A DNA stretch of 63,485 nt, counting the filler, from Choristocarpus tenellus KU-1152 (taxonomy: Eukaryota > Protista > Phaeophyceae): the NCBI GenBank assembly GCA_964200185.2. It is 13 parts of 13 records of this genome, joined end to end, with 100 filler letters (N's around TTAATTAATTAA, not from the genome) between each part and the next. Parts side by side here need not be neighbours in the genome. Positions count along the whole stretch, not along the records: positions 11,581 to 17,646 come from CAXNAD020009028.1; positions 17,747 to 20,953 come from CAXNAD020021546.1; positions 21,054 to 27,521 come from CAXNAD020008077.1; 10 more parts are not named here. One strand, written 5' to 3'. Shown piece after piece: positions 13,690 through 26,259 of the stretch (positions are counted from its first letter, which is position 1; each line of letters starts with the position of its first letter). Under the pieces are notes generated by a model. That model did not search any database. It was not told the DNA's origin and worked only from the letters and a program-made list of their open reading frames with translations. A program made the translations under genes and the position numbers.

Positions 13690-14455
13690 AAATTCCCAGT
13701 AATGTTACGCTTGTGCTTGACGTTGCTAAAAGGAGACTTTTCGCAATGATAGAGGTAGTACTTGTGGCCGTCCTTGCATATGAGAAACCACTTCTCATCC
13801 ATATCTATAAAGCCTTTGTAATGGTGGAAGATCTTCGTGCCTCCAGGTCCCTCAGTGACCCAGCATTTTATTCACCTCCATATTCATCTGCGCTCATTAC
13901 AACAGCTTAACATAGATTGAGCTCGTCCTTAATCCAAGCTTCTTCATTTTCTTGTGTAGAGTGGACAGGGGGATGGCCAGCTGAGCCGCCAGAGTGAGCT
14001 GCGTCGTGCAGTTTTGTATGGGAATCAATTTGCAGGTATCTTGTAGGTCATTGATGCTGTTGAATGATACGTTTGCCGCCAGAAATCCCCTTCCGCCACA
14101 TACCGCTGTTGATATCCAAAACACCAGTGTTCCTTTAGATCTTGTAGACCTTCTGTACTCTTGAGATGGTCTGAGTATGCTCTCAAACATGTCAGCAACT
14201 CGCTTGATGTCGCTGTGTATCAAGGAGTCATTCTTGTTCCCTTGAAGCACCTCCACATTTCAACCAGCGTCAGATACTTTGTTTTGAGAATCTCAGACAT
14301 TGTTTGGGTGGTGTGCATGTCTAGCCTGTGACTGGGAGGACTCTGACGATGGATTTTGTCAAGATTATGCTTGAGTATTTGTGAGAACATGATTTGAAGT
14401 ATTATTTTATGTATGCACAAAGATAATACAGGACATTCGGGATATTTAGATGGGG
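13690..14455 (-). mobile_element. Decayed Tc1/mariner transposon, plant-type DD39D (Osmar/Soymar-like)
   Basis: Minus strand reads IPIQNCTTQLTLAAQLAIPLSTLHKKMKKLGLRTSSIYVK (HTH), then IDMDEKWFLICKDGHKYYLY..VKHKRNIT, matching the HIDEKWF...YYL motif; terminus at 14455 followed by TA. Confidence 0.8.
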
Positions 14456-14551
14456 TATTTGATCGGAAGTAATCGACAGACTATTTGAGTCGGAGTGTTT
14501 CTGACGGGTAATAGAGAAGCATTGAGTCATTTGGTATTCTGAGTCATTCAA

Positions 14552-17190
14552 TGTTAGGATTGGTGAGCCCCACCTAGTGCAGGTATCTCACTCTCTTCTC
14601 AACTGTGATACAAGCTAATAAACAATAATATAACTGGTTGTGTGGGACAACAGATCGTCAAGGATAGCTTAACATGCTATAGCACCTATTTAAGTGTGCT
14701 TGCGTAGTTATTATACTTGGATTTTAGCTATCACCAGGAAGGAGTCAAGATAAACCATGATGCCCAGATCAAGAATCAATTCAAGTCTTAACTCCATTGA
14801 TGATGGAATGGAAGAACTGACTATGACCCGGGGGGGGGTGAGATACATGATGGGACATCAGCTTCGCAAGGGGGTGAGGCTAGGGCTGGGGCAAGAGATA
14901 CGGTGGCCATGGGGGCTAGACCTGTATTCACCCCGAAATTGAAATAGTACTCTTCAAAACAACCTGCGTTTAAGGGGGAACCAGGGATGTGGAGGAAATG
15001 GAGCAAAACGTTTCTTATGCACGCTCTCTCATCGGGATGGAGGGAGCCGTTAGTCACGAAGGAATATCTAAGGGTACTGTCGTTGGAGTATTCCCCGGCG
15101 GGTGTGGATCCGTATCTGCACCATGCGACGACGTATGCTATCAATGGACTGCAGGAGGCAACGGCAGGACCTGTGTTGGACATCATGCTGACATACGAGT
15201 CACCAAGTGAGGCGTTCGCCGCACTGGTGAAGAACTATGCCCATTCAGGCCAGACTGAGAGAAATCTGGTGAAAAGGCAATTGATGGACATGGTACTGGA
15301 ACGTGGAGGAGATCCTGCAAATATTATCAACCAGCAGGAGGCTCTTATAATGGAGTTAATGAGCTTGAGGGGTACCGTTACGGAGGAAGATCGAGTGGGT
15401 TGGCTACAAATCAAGTGGGTTGGCTACAAATCGAGTGGGTTGGCTACAAATAAAATGGGTTGGCTACATTTGTAATAACCCATTTATTGCCAACCCACTC
15501 GATCTTCCTCCGTAACGGTACCCCCCAAGCTCGTTAACCCCATTATAAGAGCCTCCTGCTGGTTGATAATATATGCAGGATCTCCTCCACGTTCCAGTAC
15601 CATGTCCATCAATTGCCTTTTCAATCAAGTGAGTTATCTTGCTAGTAAGGTAAAATCACTTCCTTTCAAGAGGCCACCATGGGTTGAGGTTCGGATTTGG
15701 GACAGTGGATCCACACATAATTTTACGACGACCAATAAGAATATGTTTAATTGGCAATCTTGTGTTGGTACAGTTGAAGTTGGAGGTGGTGGAACACTTA
15801 ACATTGTCGGAAAGGGGGACATCAAATTGGAATGTGTTCTGAGTGATAAACTGGAACTGTGGTGTTTACTAACATACTTGTGGTGCCTGATCTTGGTGTG
15901 AACTTGTATTCTGCCAAGGCTTGCATGTGAGATGGACATAGTTTCCGGTCTATGACTCCACTAGAATATCTAATTTTAGGGGCAACGGGGAAAGAAGTCT
16001 CACCTTCACGTCATTGGGGGAGGAGGAATTGTTCTCCCTAGGGATGCGCAGAGTGGGTGTGAGGAATAGCTCCGATTCTACTAATGTCCCTACCACTGAT
16101 GCAACATCTGTTTCTGGCAAACCAAGCATTCACTTGACCCGGAAAAATGCATCGATGGGTATTAATGAGCTGCATGTATGATTAGGCCATGTTCACCAGG
16201 GGATGGATCAGAAATACGCTGCTAGTCAGAATATCTTACTGACTGGGACTTGGGGACCATTTTTTTCAAGGTTGCTCACTCAGAAAAGGACATCAGCATC
16301 CAATACCAAAGGAGATTGAGAATTGGGCCTCAGAGAAGGGGGGGCAGGGCGCGTGTTTGTGGACTTAATGGGACCAAAAGAACATCCAAGTAAGGGGAAG
16401 GGGTATTACTATGCTATGTTACTTGAGGTCCAAGAGTGATCAAACAACATCGTCTGCATTTGAGAGATTTCTGATCGACGTGGCGAAGCGTGATGAGATA
16501 GAGATCAAAGCTGTGCGGACAGACTGTGGGACGGAATTTACTGGGGCTGCTTTTGAGTCGATGCTGGACAAATACGGTGTTCGACACGAGCACACTGTAC
16601 CTGGAGCGCCTCAGTATAATGGGGTGGCTGAAAGAAGAATTGCATTGGTTTGGGAAAAGTCACTTGTACTGCGATATGGTGCGAGATTGGAGAAAGATGG
16701 GACCTTGTGGGCAGAGGTGATGTCACACTCGAATGATCTTACCAACATGGCACCTACGCCTGCAAATATTGACGGGGTAACTCCATGGGAACTATGGCAT
16801 GAACTTCCTGCAGATGTGACCCAAATTCCAATTTGGGGTAGTTGTGGATATGCTCGCATAGACAATCGACCCACGAAGTCTTCACCACGTGCTGAACTCT
16901 GTTTTATGATGGGTGTTGCACCACTTAACAAATACCCTTCCCACACTTACCGGATTCTACTGTCACGTACAGGGCGACATGTGATGCGCAGGGACATTAC
17001 CATGTGGGATAGCAATCTGCATGATGACACCCGACATCAATCCTCAGGGTTACCACTGTGGAGGGGGGAAGAATTTTTTCCAGTGATTGGAAGGGGGCTG
17101 AGAGAGTTATTGGGTATTTGTTGAGGACAAGCAGTAGAGGATTGACCTATGGTGATTTCAGTTTTTATGGGATTGCACCCAGGGACCAAC
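14552..17190 (+). mobile_element. Ty1/Copia LTR retrotransposon, decayed and truncated before RT
   Basis: gag UBN2-like region 14987-15400; protease WDSGSTHNF ~15697; pre-integrase LHV*LGH ~16170; integrase VFVDLMGP..AVRTDCGTEF..PGAPQYNGVAERR 16350-17040. PR-INT order is Copia. Candidate short LTR starting TG at ~14552 with AATAAA. Confidence 0.9.
15270..15622. repeat. Fold-back palindrome in the Copia gag with four 20-bp tandem units
   Basis: 15270-15403 is the reverse complement of 15488-15622; between them ATCGAGTGGGTTGGCTACAA x4 and a hairpin tip at ~15469. Confidence 0.93.
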
Positions 17191-17200
17191 TCATCAGCTA

Positions 17201-17300
17201 CCCCGTCTAAATATCCCGAATGTCTCATATTTACTTCTGTGCATACATAAAATAATACTTCAAATCATATTCTCACAAATAGTCAAGCATAATCGTGACA
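17201..17300 (+). mobile_element. Second mariner-family terminus, inverted relative to 14357-14455
   Basis: TA|CCCCGTCTAAATATCCCGAATGTC..GTGCATACATAAAATAATACTTCAAATCAT is the reverse complement of 14357-14455. Confidence 0.75.
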
Positions 17301-17790
17301 CACTCCCCTGCTCTGACTATGCAGTGAGAATCAAATCCGTCCAACAATAAAACCCAACTTGAAATCAACTCAACCTGCACACTTCAAAACTTAATCCTAC
17401 ACATGGACAAGTAAACTCTTGACAGATTTCAATTGAGGTTATTGGTTTCACTCTTCTGTACGGTCCCCTACCTTTCCCAAATCACCCATGTTACCTAACA
17501 TGATATTAAAACCCAGTAAATAGAGACCGTTCTTCATGATGGTGAAATGGGTAAAAGTATCTGGGGGGGGGGGGGCCCGCGGCCGGTTTTTACCCTGGGT
17601 TTAAACCTATGTAGGGGGGGGTGCCGGCGGCCCTTTGGGGTCCGGANNNNNNNNNNNNNNNNNNNNNNNNNNNNNNNNNNNNNNNNNNNNTTAATTAATT
17701 AANNNNNNNNNNNNNNNNNNNNNNNNNNNNNNNNNNNNNNNNNNNNTTTATATTTTCTTTGTTTTTTTTTTTTTTGGGGGGGTTGTGTGT

Positions 17791-17834
<44 letters not shown>

Positions 17835-17849
17835 GCGTGGGGAGAACAG

Positions 17850-20537
17850 GGTCTCTTCGTGCAGCCAGGCGTGCGGCGGGTGCAGTGACACATGCAGTGG
17901 ATGCAGTGTTATCGGGTCACAACAGGAACGCCTTCTGTGTTGTTAGGCCGCCAGGTCACCATGCGGGTCCAAATGGTTTGCTTGAGGCAGCGGTGAGTTG
18001 GTGTATGAGTGTTATGGTGTGATATGATGTGGTATGATATGTTGGTGGGAGGGGAGAGGGGCATGGGGGGGAGGGGGAGGGGGTTGGGAGGTACGAAGGG
18101 AGGAAGTTGGTGTCTATTATTTTTTTTCATTTTTTATCCTTTTTGTTGTTGTTTTATTGGAACTCTCTTTTTATTAAGTTGTAATGCAATGGTTTTCATT
18201 AAAAAATAAAAATCACTCTTGAGACATGTTCAGTGTTTGTATTTTTGACTGTTTGAAGTATATTCCAAAAGGTGTCTGAATATTGTCTGAACATATTTTA
18301 TATTTACATTGTATGTGTGTGTGTGTGTGTGTGAAATGTGTGCTATGTAGAATATAAATGTATACTATACATATCCTCGTTGTGCACTAGTGTTTGCATC
18401 CCTGAGATGATACAGTCGCCATAACCACACCCGACAAGTTCCAAATTCACCGCGGTTGTAGTAAGTGTCTGTTGATATATGGCATACGTCTTACAGTCTG
18501 AAGTCCCCCCCCCCCCCCCCCCCCCCCCCCTCTCTACCCACAAAAAAAATAAAAAATTTTAACTAACAACAANNNNNNNNNNTTTTTTTTTTTTTTTTTT
18601 TGGCTTACGTTTTTTATTTTGATGTCCCCCCCCCCCCCCCCGCCCTACCATTTTTTTAAAAGTAAATAATATACATATTTCTCCCTGTTCCACCCAATAG
18701 GTGAGCTGCGGTTTCTGCATCTTCAACAATGTTGCTGTGGGTGCTTTACATGCCCTGGAGGCACACAAGCTGGACCGAGTAGCTATAGTAGATATTGATG
18801 TTCACCACGGCAACGGTGAGATGATATCATGAACATGCACAGAGAGTCAGGATGGGGGGGGGGGGATCAATGGCGGTAGGTAGGGGTAGGTTGTGCTGTG
18901 GAATGAGTTGGAGCGGGCGATAAGATGAGGTATGTATGTGCATGTGTTCTCATGGTGTAAAGGTAATGCCGTGCTCTGCTTTTTTAGAACATTTTTTTTT
19001 TTTATTATTATTAACTTTTTGATTTTTTTTTAACTTGTTTTATTTATTTATATACTTAATTTTTTTTTGTGTGTGTGTTTGTGTGTGTGTGTGTGTTGTC
19101 TCATTCCTCATCTCGTGTTGACGTATTCCTGTTATTTTTTGTGGGGAATGGAATAGTTTGAGAGTAGGTTGAAGTTCTTAAATTTTTTTTTTCTATTTCA
19201 TTTTGTGGGATACATGGTCCATCCTAGTTACTCCCGTCTGTGCTGTCCAAGTCATCTCTTGAATGGTCATGAACCACCATCCTCGTTCCTCTTTTTTAAA
19301 GAGATATGCCCTCCTTCCCCCTACCCTACCCTACCCTACCCTACCCTAGCCGTCCTGTTCCCATTTCTCCTTTATGTGTTCTGAACACTAATATCGTTCT
19401 TAATTATTTTTGTTTCTCATACTTTTTTTAATAAAAAATCTCCTCTTGATATCTCAATGAAATCCTCCCTCCGCATGCCGCATGCATGTTGCTGATTGCA
19501 CGTCCACTGAATGGACTGACTCTTTTGGGGGGCTACGTGCGTCTGGACACATGTGTGTGTATGTGTGTGTATGTGTGTATTAATACAATCTAGGCACAGA
19601 AGAGGTCTCAAGGGAGTACCGTGAACCGCACCGTCTTCTTTTCTTCTCAGTACACCTTTACGACCGGGTGAGTTCCATCAATGTTCCATCAAAGCAATTG
19701 TTGCCTCTATGATGATTCCTTCTCGTATCTAGAAGAGATATGGGAGATCTTGTTGTGTTCTATTCCCTCCCTCCCTGCTTCCCTCCCTCTCTCCCTCCAC
19801 ACTCCCATATGGTATGGTTCTCTTCTCTGTCTATACTATATGTCTCTTGACTGTGTACTACATCGTACTCCCCCCCCCCCCCCTCATTCTCCTTTTTTTC
19901 TGTTTTTTAAAATAGNNNNNNNNNNTCTGGGGGGGCCTGAGTTCAGACGTGTTCCCTTTCGCTTTTATATGTCCCTTTAATGGGTACCAAAACCTACCCC
20001 CCCCCCCCCCCATAGTCTCTTTGGTCTGATTTCTAGAACATGGATGGCGGTTGTGAAGAAAGCTATCCTGACAACAATACCTCCACTCCTCTTCCTTCGT
20101 ATAGACCTAAACACATATAGTATAGACCTAAACACATATAGTATAGACCTAAACACATATAGTATAGACCTACATATATAGTGAGGTGGCAACCAGTATG
20201 GCTGATTACTCACCTTTTTTGTCTGGACCCCAGGGTGAGGTTCTACACCCCACTCACTCCTCAGCAAAACCCAATGGACGTCCAATGATAGCAGAAGACA
20301 CGCTGTCATCAGCATATACAGATAGATAGATGCGCATTGGAGGGGTACCTTGAAAAAATACACCCATCCACACGGAGATCACATCCTGTCCAGGTACTTT
20401 TCTACTTCATCCCTCTAACGAGCTGCCCTGTCCAAACCCGCTGACAGGACCCCTCATATGAGTTTTTCCCTGGTAGTGGTGCTGGAGATGACACCGCCCG
20501 GAACATCATCAACGCGCCCCTCGATCCTCTGTGGAAG
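17850..20537 (+). CDS. Histone deacetylase (class II / HDA-like), catalytic-domain exons
   Basis: Phase-compatible exons 17850-17992 ([14 protein letters not shown]), 18701-18815 ([23 protein letters not shown]), 19594-19667 ([14 protein letters not shown]), 20448-20537 (FFPGSG..NIINAPL); Zn/catalytic motifs present. Confidence 0.95.
20100..20181 (+). repeat. 21-bp tandem repeat (TATAGACCTAAACACATATAG) x~4
   Basis: Three perfect units and one degenerate unit in an HDAC intron. Confidence 0.9.
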
Positions 20538-21053
20538 GTGATCTACCTGCCCTACGCTGCGCCTTCCCAATTTATTGGAGAACCTAATTTTTTGAAAAGC
20601 AGCTTGCGTTCTTTTGTATCATCATTCTTTTCTTTTCTCTTTTTAAATGGTGGAAGGAAGCAGTGTTACCGGAAGCGATTGATTTGAAGTGTACCTGTTC
20701 CCGGATTTTATTTTTATTTTATTTTTTTGGGGGGGGGGGCAAGAACATTATTTTTATTTATTTTATTTATTTTTTAATCCTGGTGGTGTTGCTGTTGATC
20801 GGTAGAATTATTCTTTTCAGTTCCCCTTCCCACAGTGGTAGGGAGTGACGGATGAGTCTGTTGTGTGCGTGAGAGATGCAAGGATGGGGGGGGGGTGGGG
20901 GGAGGTTGACATGAAGAGTAAGTAGCATTGCAGGGATTTTGTTTGGTGCCCCGNNNNNNNNNNNNNNNNNNNNNNNNNNNNNNNNNNNNNNNNNNNNTTA
21001 ATTAATTAANNNNNNNNNNNNNNNNNNNNNNNNNNNNNNNNNNNNNNNNNNNN

Positions 21054-21232
21054 CTCAAAGTATCTGGGTCGGGGGGGGGGGTCTACACCAGGGTGTTCAT
21101 TCGGGCCCTGACCAGGAGAAGTGCACTTACATTATCCATCCGACGAATGGAACCAAACCACTCATAAATCACAGCATGGAAAATTGGGATCAGAATGGAC
21201 AGCCGCCACCCCACCCCCAGATATGTTGAGTC
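21054..21232 (+). mobile_element. MITE family 2, near-full copy
   Basis: CTCAAAGTATCTGGG..CCCAGATATGTTGAGTC TIRs; aligns with 46398-46575. Confidence 0.85.
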
Positions 21233-21420
21233 TGGCACTGGAATGTGCTGTACATGGCGTATCAAGTATGATGTCAATGCTAGCAGTACATTTACCGTCC
21301 ATACAATAATGGGTATATAATGATCATGTATCAATTATAGCGGAGAACAAGACACTACAGGGAAATGTACTGCAGCACCCGTTTTTCAGACAATAACATC
21401 TGCTCTATCCAATTTGACAG

Positions 21421-23543
21421 GCTCCTTAGGAGGATCAATCAATACCCCCAGCTTTTGCAGTGTAAACCTTCTGGGTGGACAAACCTTTGCAGAGAACAGG
21501 GCAGGTGAGTTATAGATCGGTCTTGGAAGCATGCCTGCCACGGACTACAGTGTTACATTTGACATATATTATCCAAATAATTGGATCTTTCGTAGCTACT
21601 TCATGTTCCATTCGTTACCAAGCCTGAGGATTTGAACTTCCTTGAAATTGGGTAGGAACCAGCTGCTTTGACATATACAGATAGACTAACATAGACAGTG
21701 CAGTATGTCACAGCCAGTAGTACGTTCTGTAATTTGCACACACTAGAGGGTCAGACCAGAGTTGCACATATATATGATACAGAGTGGTTGCTGCTTTAAG
21801 GCTGCATTGACCTACTGCTTAAAGCACCAAATCGTTGAAATGATGATACTTTATAGCCCTGGAGTCATTACTTTTGTTACGTGTACGCACTGATGAACTC
21901 ATGTCATAATTTCTCGTTGAGAGGTATTCCTCTAGGTGTCCTTGGAGGTTATATGAACCGGATTTTGAAAGAAATAATGGGGTGTAGAGTATAGAGATCG
22001 ATTACATGCTTTGTATGTTTTTTGTTGCACTGATGTGTGGTACAATGAAATGATCATGATTTTTACGAACGAAGGAAAGTTGACTATGTTGTTGACCTGT
22101 ATATTGTGGGGATTTAGTATCACTTGTTCAGGATTTTCCTTGACACTCATATACACACACTACTCAACCCTTGCTCGATATTGTGGGCCTTATTGACTAG
22201 CGTACGTATTTTGGTGCCTACACCATCCTTCTCTGCAAGTTCAACCAAGATGTCAACACCACCTTCCTTATCAATTTTGACTTCTCAGAGACCACCAATG
22301 CCATAGAACCTCCGAAATTGCCTATTTGTCACATTCCTAGATTCTTGTGTTGCTTGAACTTGAGCTTCACTACAAGATGCACAGCAGTTATGAGTGGAGA
22401 TCTTGTGATTCAAATAGAACTCTAACACACTTGTCTCAATGAAATTTTCTCCTAGTTTATCGTTTTGCCAAATGTCTTTCTTGTGTGTCTTCAGGGCTGC
22501 CATTCGCAGCAAACAAAATGTTGCCCCCAGAACCAACCTGAGTGAGCTATATACCTTCCAATGCAATTTTTTCTGGCAGGGACAGATGGTAGTCATGTTA
22601 AAGTTTTTAGCTTGCTCCTCTTTTGTTGTGTATCGACAAAAGGTGATGATATAGCCACCAAATGTTCTGAAATATGTTACCCGCCGGCAATATCAAGTAC
22701 AACGCTGCTTCCTCCTGATCATATGTATGTATATAGATATACTGATGTGTTGAATGACTTCAATTGGTTGAAAAGAGTCATCAACACGGAATACATTGAG
22801 CTTGATAGGCATGTGTGGATGGAAGCAGTCCTCAAGAACCACTTCCTCACCAAATCCTTACCCACCAATCATCTTTGACCTTGGTCTATATGAAAGTCTT
22901 GCACCCAGAGGTGAAGCTAGTAACAAATACGTTCATTGCAATACTGTTGGCCTGTATCCAGTATCTGGAGGGGCGATACAAGCACAGGACGATTGTACTA
23001 TCTCCATTGAAGGAAATTCGACCTTTCTTCGTAACTTTGCCGGTGAGTATAATACTGACACTCTTCCACACCACTCCTTGGTCTGGGGTTGATATTCCTT
23101 ACCGCAAAAACAAAGAACAGGATTCAATGAATCAGACTAAATTTTCCTTTTCACTTTCAGTGCAGAGACTTATCGCAGACGTTGGTACAATTTAATATCT
23201 ACGGCTGCTGCAGCCAGACATGCTCCCCTGGATGTAACCCTTTGAAGTTTGAAATTTTGTTTCATGTCGCGGGACTCCAGATATGAGGAGTGCTTGAAGT
23301 GTTGTTGTTTGGTTTGGCGCATGGATATGGTCTTGTCAGGCATTTTTCATCTCTTCTTTCCATCTCGTTTCCATTTGTGACCTGTCCTGCTTGGAGATTG
23401 TTATAACCTGAAGCGAAACTGGTAATAAAACCTCTTCCTGTAACGGTTTGGCTTGATTGCAGAGTTTGGAGGAGCTATATATGTACTGAGCACTTCTACT
23501 TTCAGCATTGAAGGCATTTCCTCCTTTGGTACTAACATTGCTG
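21421..23543 (+). CDS. Pmp-like (GGAI..FxxN) beta-helix repeat protein, one repeat per exon
   Basis: Phase 1-1 exons 21421-21504 (SLGGSINTPSFCSVNLLGGQTFAENRA), 22962-23042 (SGGAIQAQDDCTISIEGNSTFLRNFA), 23463-23543 (FGGAIYVLSTSTFSIEGISSFGTNIA); each ends G|GTGAG. Confidence 0.85.
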
Positions 23544-23733
23544 GTGAGTGAAATAAGTCGAGTGGTTGAAGTGGTATGGCTTGGTTGGGCACAAGGAGAT
23601 GATCTTGTCAGTCACTTCCTCATCTCTGCTTTCTACTATGGTTCCATGTGTGAACTGGTCTGCTTGGAAATTGCTAAAACCTGAGGTGAAGCTGATCATA
23701 CAACCTTTCCCTGTAACGGTTTGGCTTGATTGT

Positions 23734-23985
23734 GAGTGAAAATATCTTAGAGGGTACGATTTTTACCCTGTTTGTCCATTTGGGGCTTGGCTTCTCACGG
23801 GTCTTTAATGACATTTTACCTACTCCTTTGGAGTAGGTAAAATGTATACGCTGCGAAAAGAAGTGTCCAGAACAAGGATATTGACATCTCCTAACAAACA
23901 TGATAGCCAAAATAACATCAAAATTGCAACATTGGGTTTTGGTCCCCAAATGGATGCGGCTCAACCCTCTAAGATACTTCGACTC
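23734..23985 (-). mobile_element. MITE family 1, full copy, 4-bp TSD TTGT
   Basis: GAG..CTC termini flanked by TTGT/TTGT; paralogous empty site at ~23451-23470. Confidence 0.93.
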
Positions 23986-23991
23986 TTGTAT

Positions 23992-24071
23992 AGTTTGGAG
24001 GAGCCATATATGCACTGGTATCTATATGGTTAGCGTTAATCACTTTTCCTCCTTCGATACTAACATTGCTG
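23992..24071 (+). pseudogene. Inactivated duplicate of Pmp-repeat exon 23463-23543
   Basis: 80 nt vs 81 nt (frameshift); acceptor CAG reads TAT; MITE inserted just upstream; upstream intron also duplicated. Confidence 0.75.
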
Positions 24072-26259
24072 GTTAGTGAAACAACACACCCTTTTCACTA
24101 CCACTTAATTTAAGTTTCACACTTCCCAAAGGTGATGCTCTATGCCTCAAATATAAATCAATCTTGTGGATTCGATTACGTGTGAACTGTGACAAGAACA
24201 AATTATTCTTCTAGTATAAAAGCCATATTGATAAAAATCGCCATGTAATAACTTGCTGCATGGAACGAGGTGAAATGATTGGATTTTCTGCTTTGTCTTC
24301 TTATCTCCCAGGCCCCCAGACATGTTAAGTATAAGAAAGGGATAGCAGTAGTTTAAGAAAGAAACAGTGCTGATCGGAAGATAGGCAAGGAAAGGTAAGC
24401 TAGATTGCAATATGGGGGGATGAGGAGTCATCGCGCATAAAAGGATCACAATGATGTTAGAGTAGTATGTGGCACGGTAAGGCTATAACATTTTTTGTTT
24501 GCAAGTATCCACTGGCAGACGTTTGGGTTGATATTGAGGAAGATTTTTGCGTTTCATATAATTCGAAGATAAGCAGCATAAGTTGGAGAGCTTGTTAACT
24601 TTATTATGCTGTACATATTTCCTCTAGTTATCAGGGCAACACCTTCCGTATTGCTTTATGAGCATTCGATAGGATATGCTACTTCATTGTGTGACCACCC
24701 CCAGGAAAACCTCTAAGCACCCTCCCAATATTTTTTTTGCAATTTGTGACGTACAGTAGTTATATTTGATGCACATACATTGTTATCCGTTACCATACGC
24801 ATACGGTTTATATTATTTTATGTCCACTGACATTTTGCAAATGTTGCCATCAGGGGGAAAATACACAATATATCAGGCAGAAAATGCAATAAAACACAAC
24901 AGCATAGCCTGTATCGCTTACAATCAAGACCTTCTAATGCACTGATAATAGTCAAGCTAATTTGAAAACCAGAAACCAATTAATTCCACCCCAGAGTTTC
25001 CAGGTTATTTAGTGCTATCACCAAGTGATATTTTATTATTGACACAAAACATGAACACGTCTTCAATTTTGTTTCGTTTACATTAGTCTCACGTGTCCCA
25101 GACCTGCGGTCGAAAAGATAGTCGAAAGAAGACAAACATACTGCTTGAGAATGCAAGTAGTGGTTCAGTAGAAACAGCGTTAAGCAGTGGAAAAAGAAAG
25201 AAGGAAAATAAAATCAAAGAACGAAAATAGAAAAATACTAGTGATGGATGCACTATCACCCACAAGAACCTGAGTCATATATTTAAAAGAAGATATCTCG
25301 AATCGCATGTCATACAAAGGAAACAAGAGGGAAATAGAAGGGGAAGAAGAAAAAGAGAGGCAAGAAAAACTACCCTTAAAAAGAGAATATGGTGAAAGTA
25401 GCATTCAGCAGATAGTGATGGTGGTCGTGTTGGTTGCTTAGGCAACTTTAGCTACTATTGTAGCATGATGTACATCAGGTATCACAGATTCCTTCAAATA
25501 CAACTTTGCCATGAAGCTCATTGTGCTGGCAGCCACACACCCGAACCAATTTTGCTGGTTAGTCGCCCTTGTGCCTCATCCATCAAAAGCGTTCCCAATA
25601 CTTGTTGAGGTTTTGTAGGCACATACGCGAGTTCTCCCCCTGTCCACATTGCCCTCGTTTTCCGACCCCAAGCTCCCAAAACATCTATATCTTGGGAAGT
25701 CTCTAATCCTTCATGATTGTAACTGTCCCACCAAATTGGAGTCACAACTTGTGGAAGTTCACCTCGATATTTTCGTACCTAATCTTCACAAGGTATCTTT
25801 GTAGGACAATTTGTGACTGATGTGTTCCCCTTCGCAAAATCCACTACAGCAAAAGAGGAATTTGTAGTTGTAGAAACGAAGCTTCAGATAGCGAACCTGG
25901 CGGTTTCCATGTCATACAATGAGTCAAAGTAACGAGAGATACACAGGGTTGCATTTTAAGGGTGATGACAAAGATGTGCAAATTTTGGACTTCTCTTCAA
26001 GTTTGTGGAGTGAATTTTCTTAATACTAACGAAATTTGTTATACAATACAGACATCTCTATAAAGTCATTCTTAATACTTCATCCAAAGGGTAAATTGCA
26101 AAATATTAAAATGTGGCTTAGAATGCAAAACAGCCAAAACCTGGGTACCTTTCCTACTTTGGGTCAAACCTTGTAACAGAACCTCGACCTCTCAAGTAGA
26201 TACAAAACTTCAAGAGAAGGCTTAGAATTTCCCAGAGGATCGTGAGAGCAATCTCTAGG

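Noticed and set aside
15390-15470. 20-bp repeats as a CRISPR-like array (also 20100-20181 and 46577-46724)
   Set aside because: Head-to-tail with no unique spacers, no cas genes, eukaryotic context
17790-17833. Long poly-G/poly-C tracts (also near 4905, 11452, 33633, 60710, 63436) as G-quadruplex elements or poly-Pro/Gly ORFs
   Set aside because: They concentrate at contig ends and gaps with degraded neighbouring sequence, consistent with sequencing error; lengths are unreliable
22200-22880. Protein-like minus-strand stretch in a Pmp-gene intron (also 25518-25745)
   Set aside because: Interrupted by stops or lacking motifs; cannot be assigned without a search
21421-23543. Chlamydial Pmp gene as bacterial contamination or recent HGT
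   Set aside because: The repeats are separated by spliceosomal introns containing host MITEs
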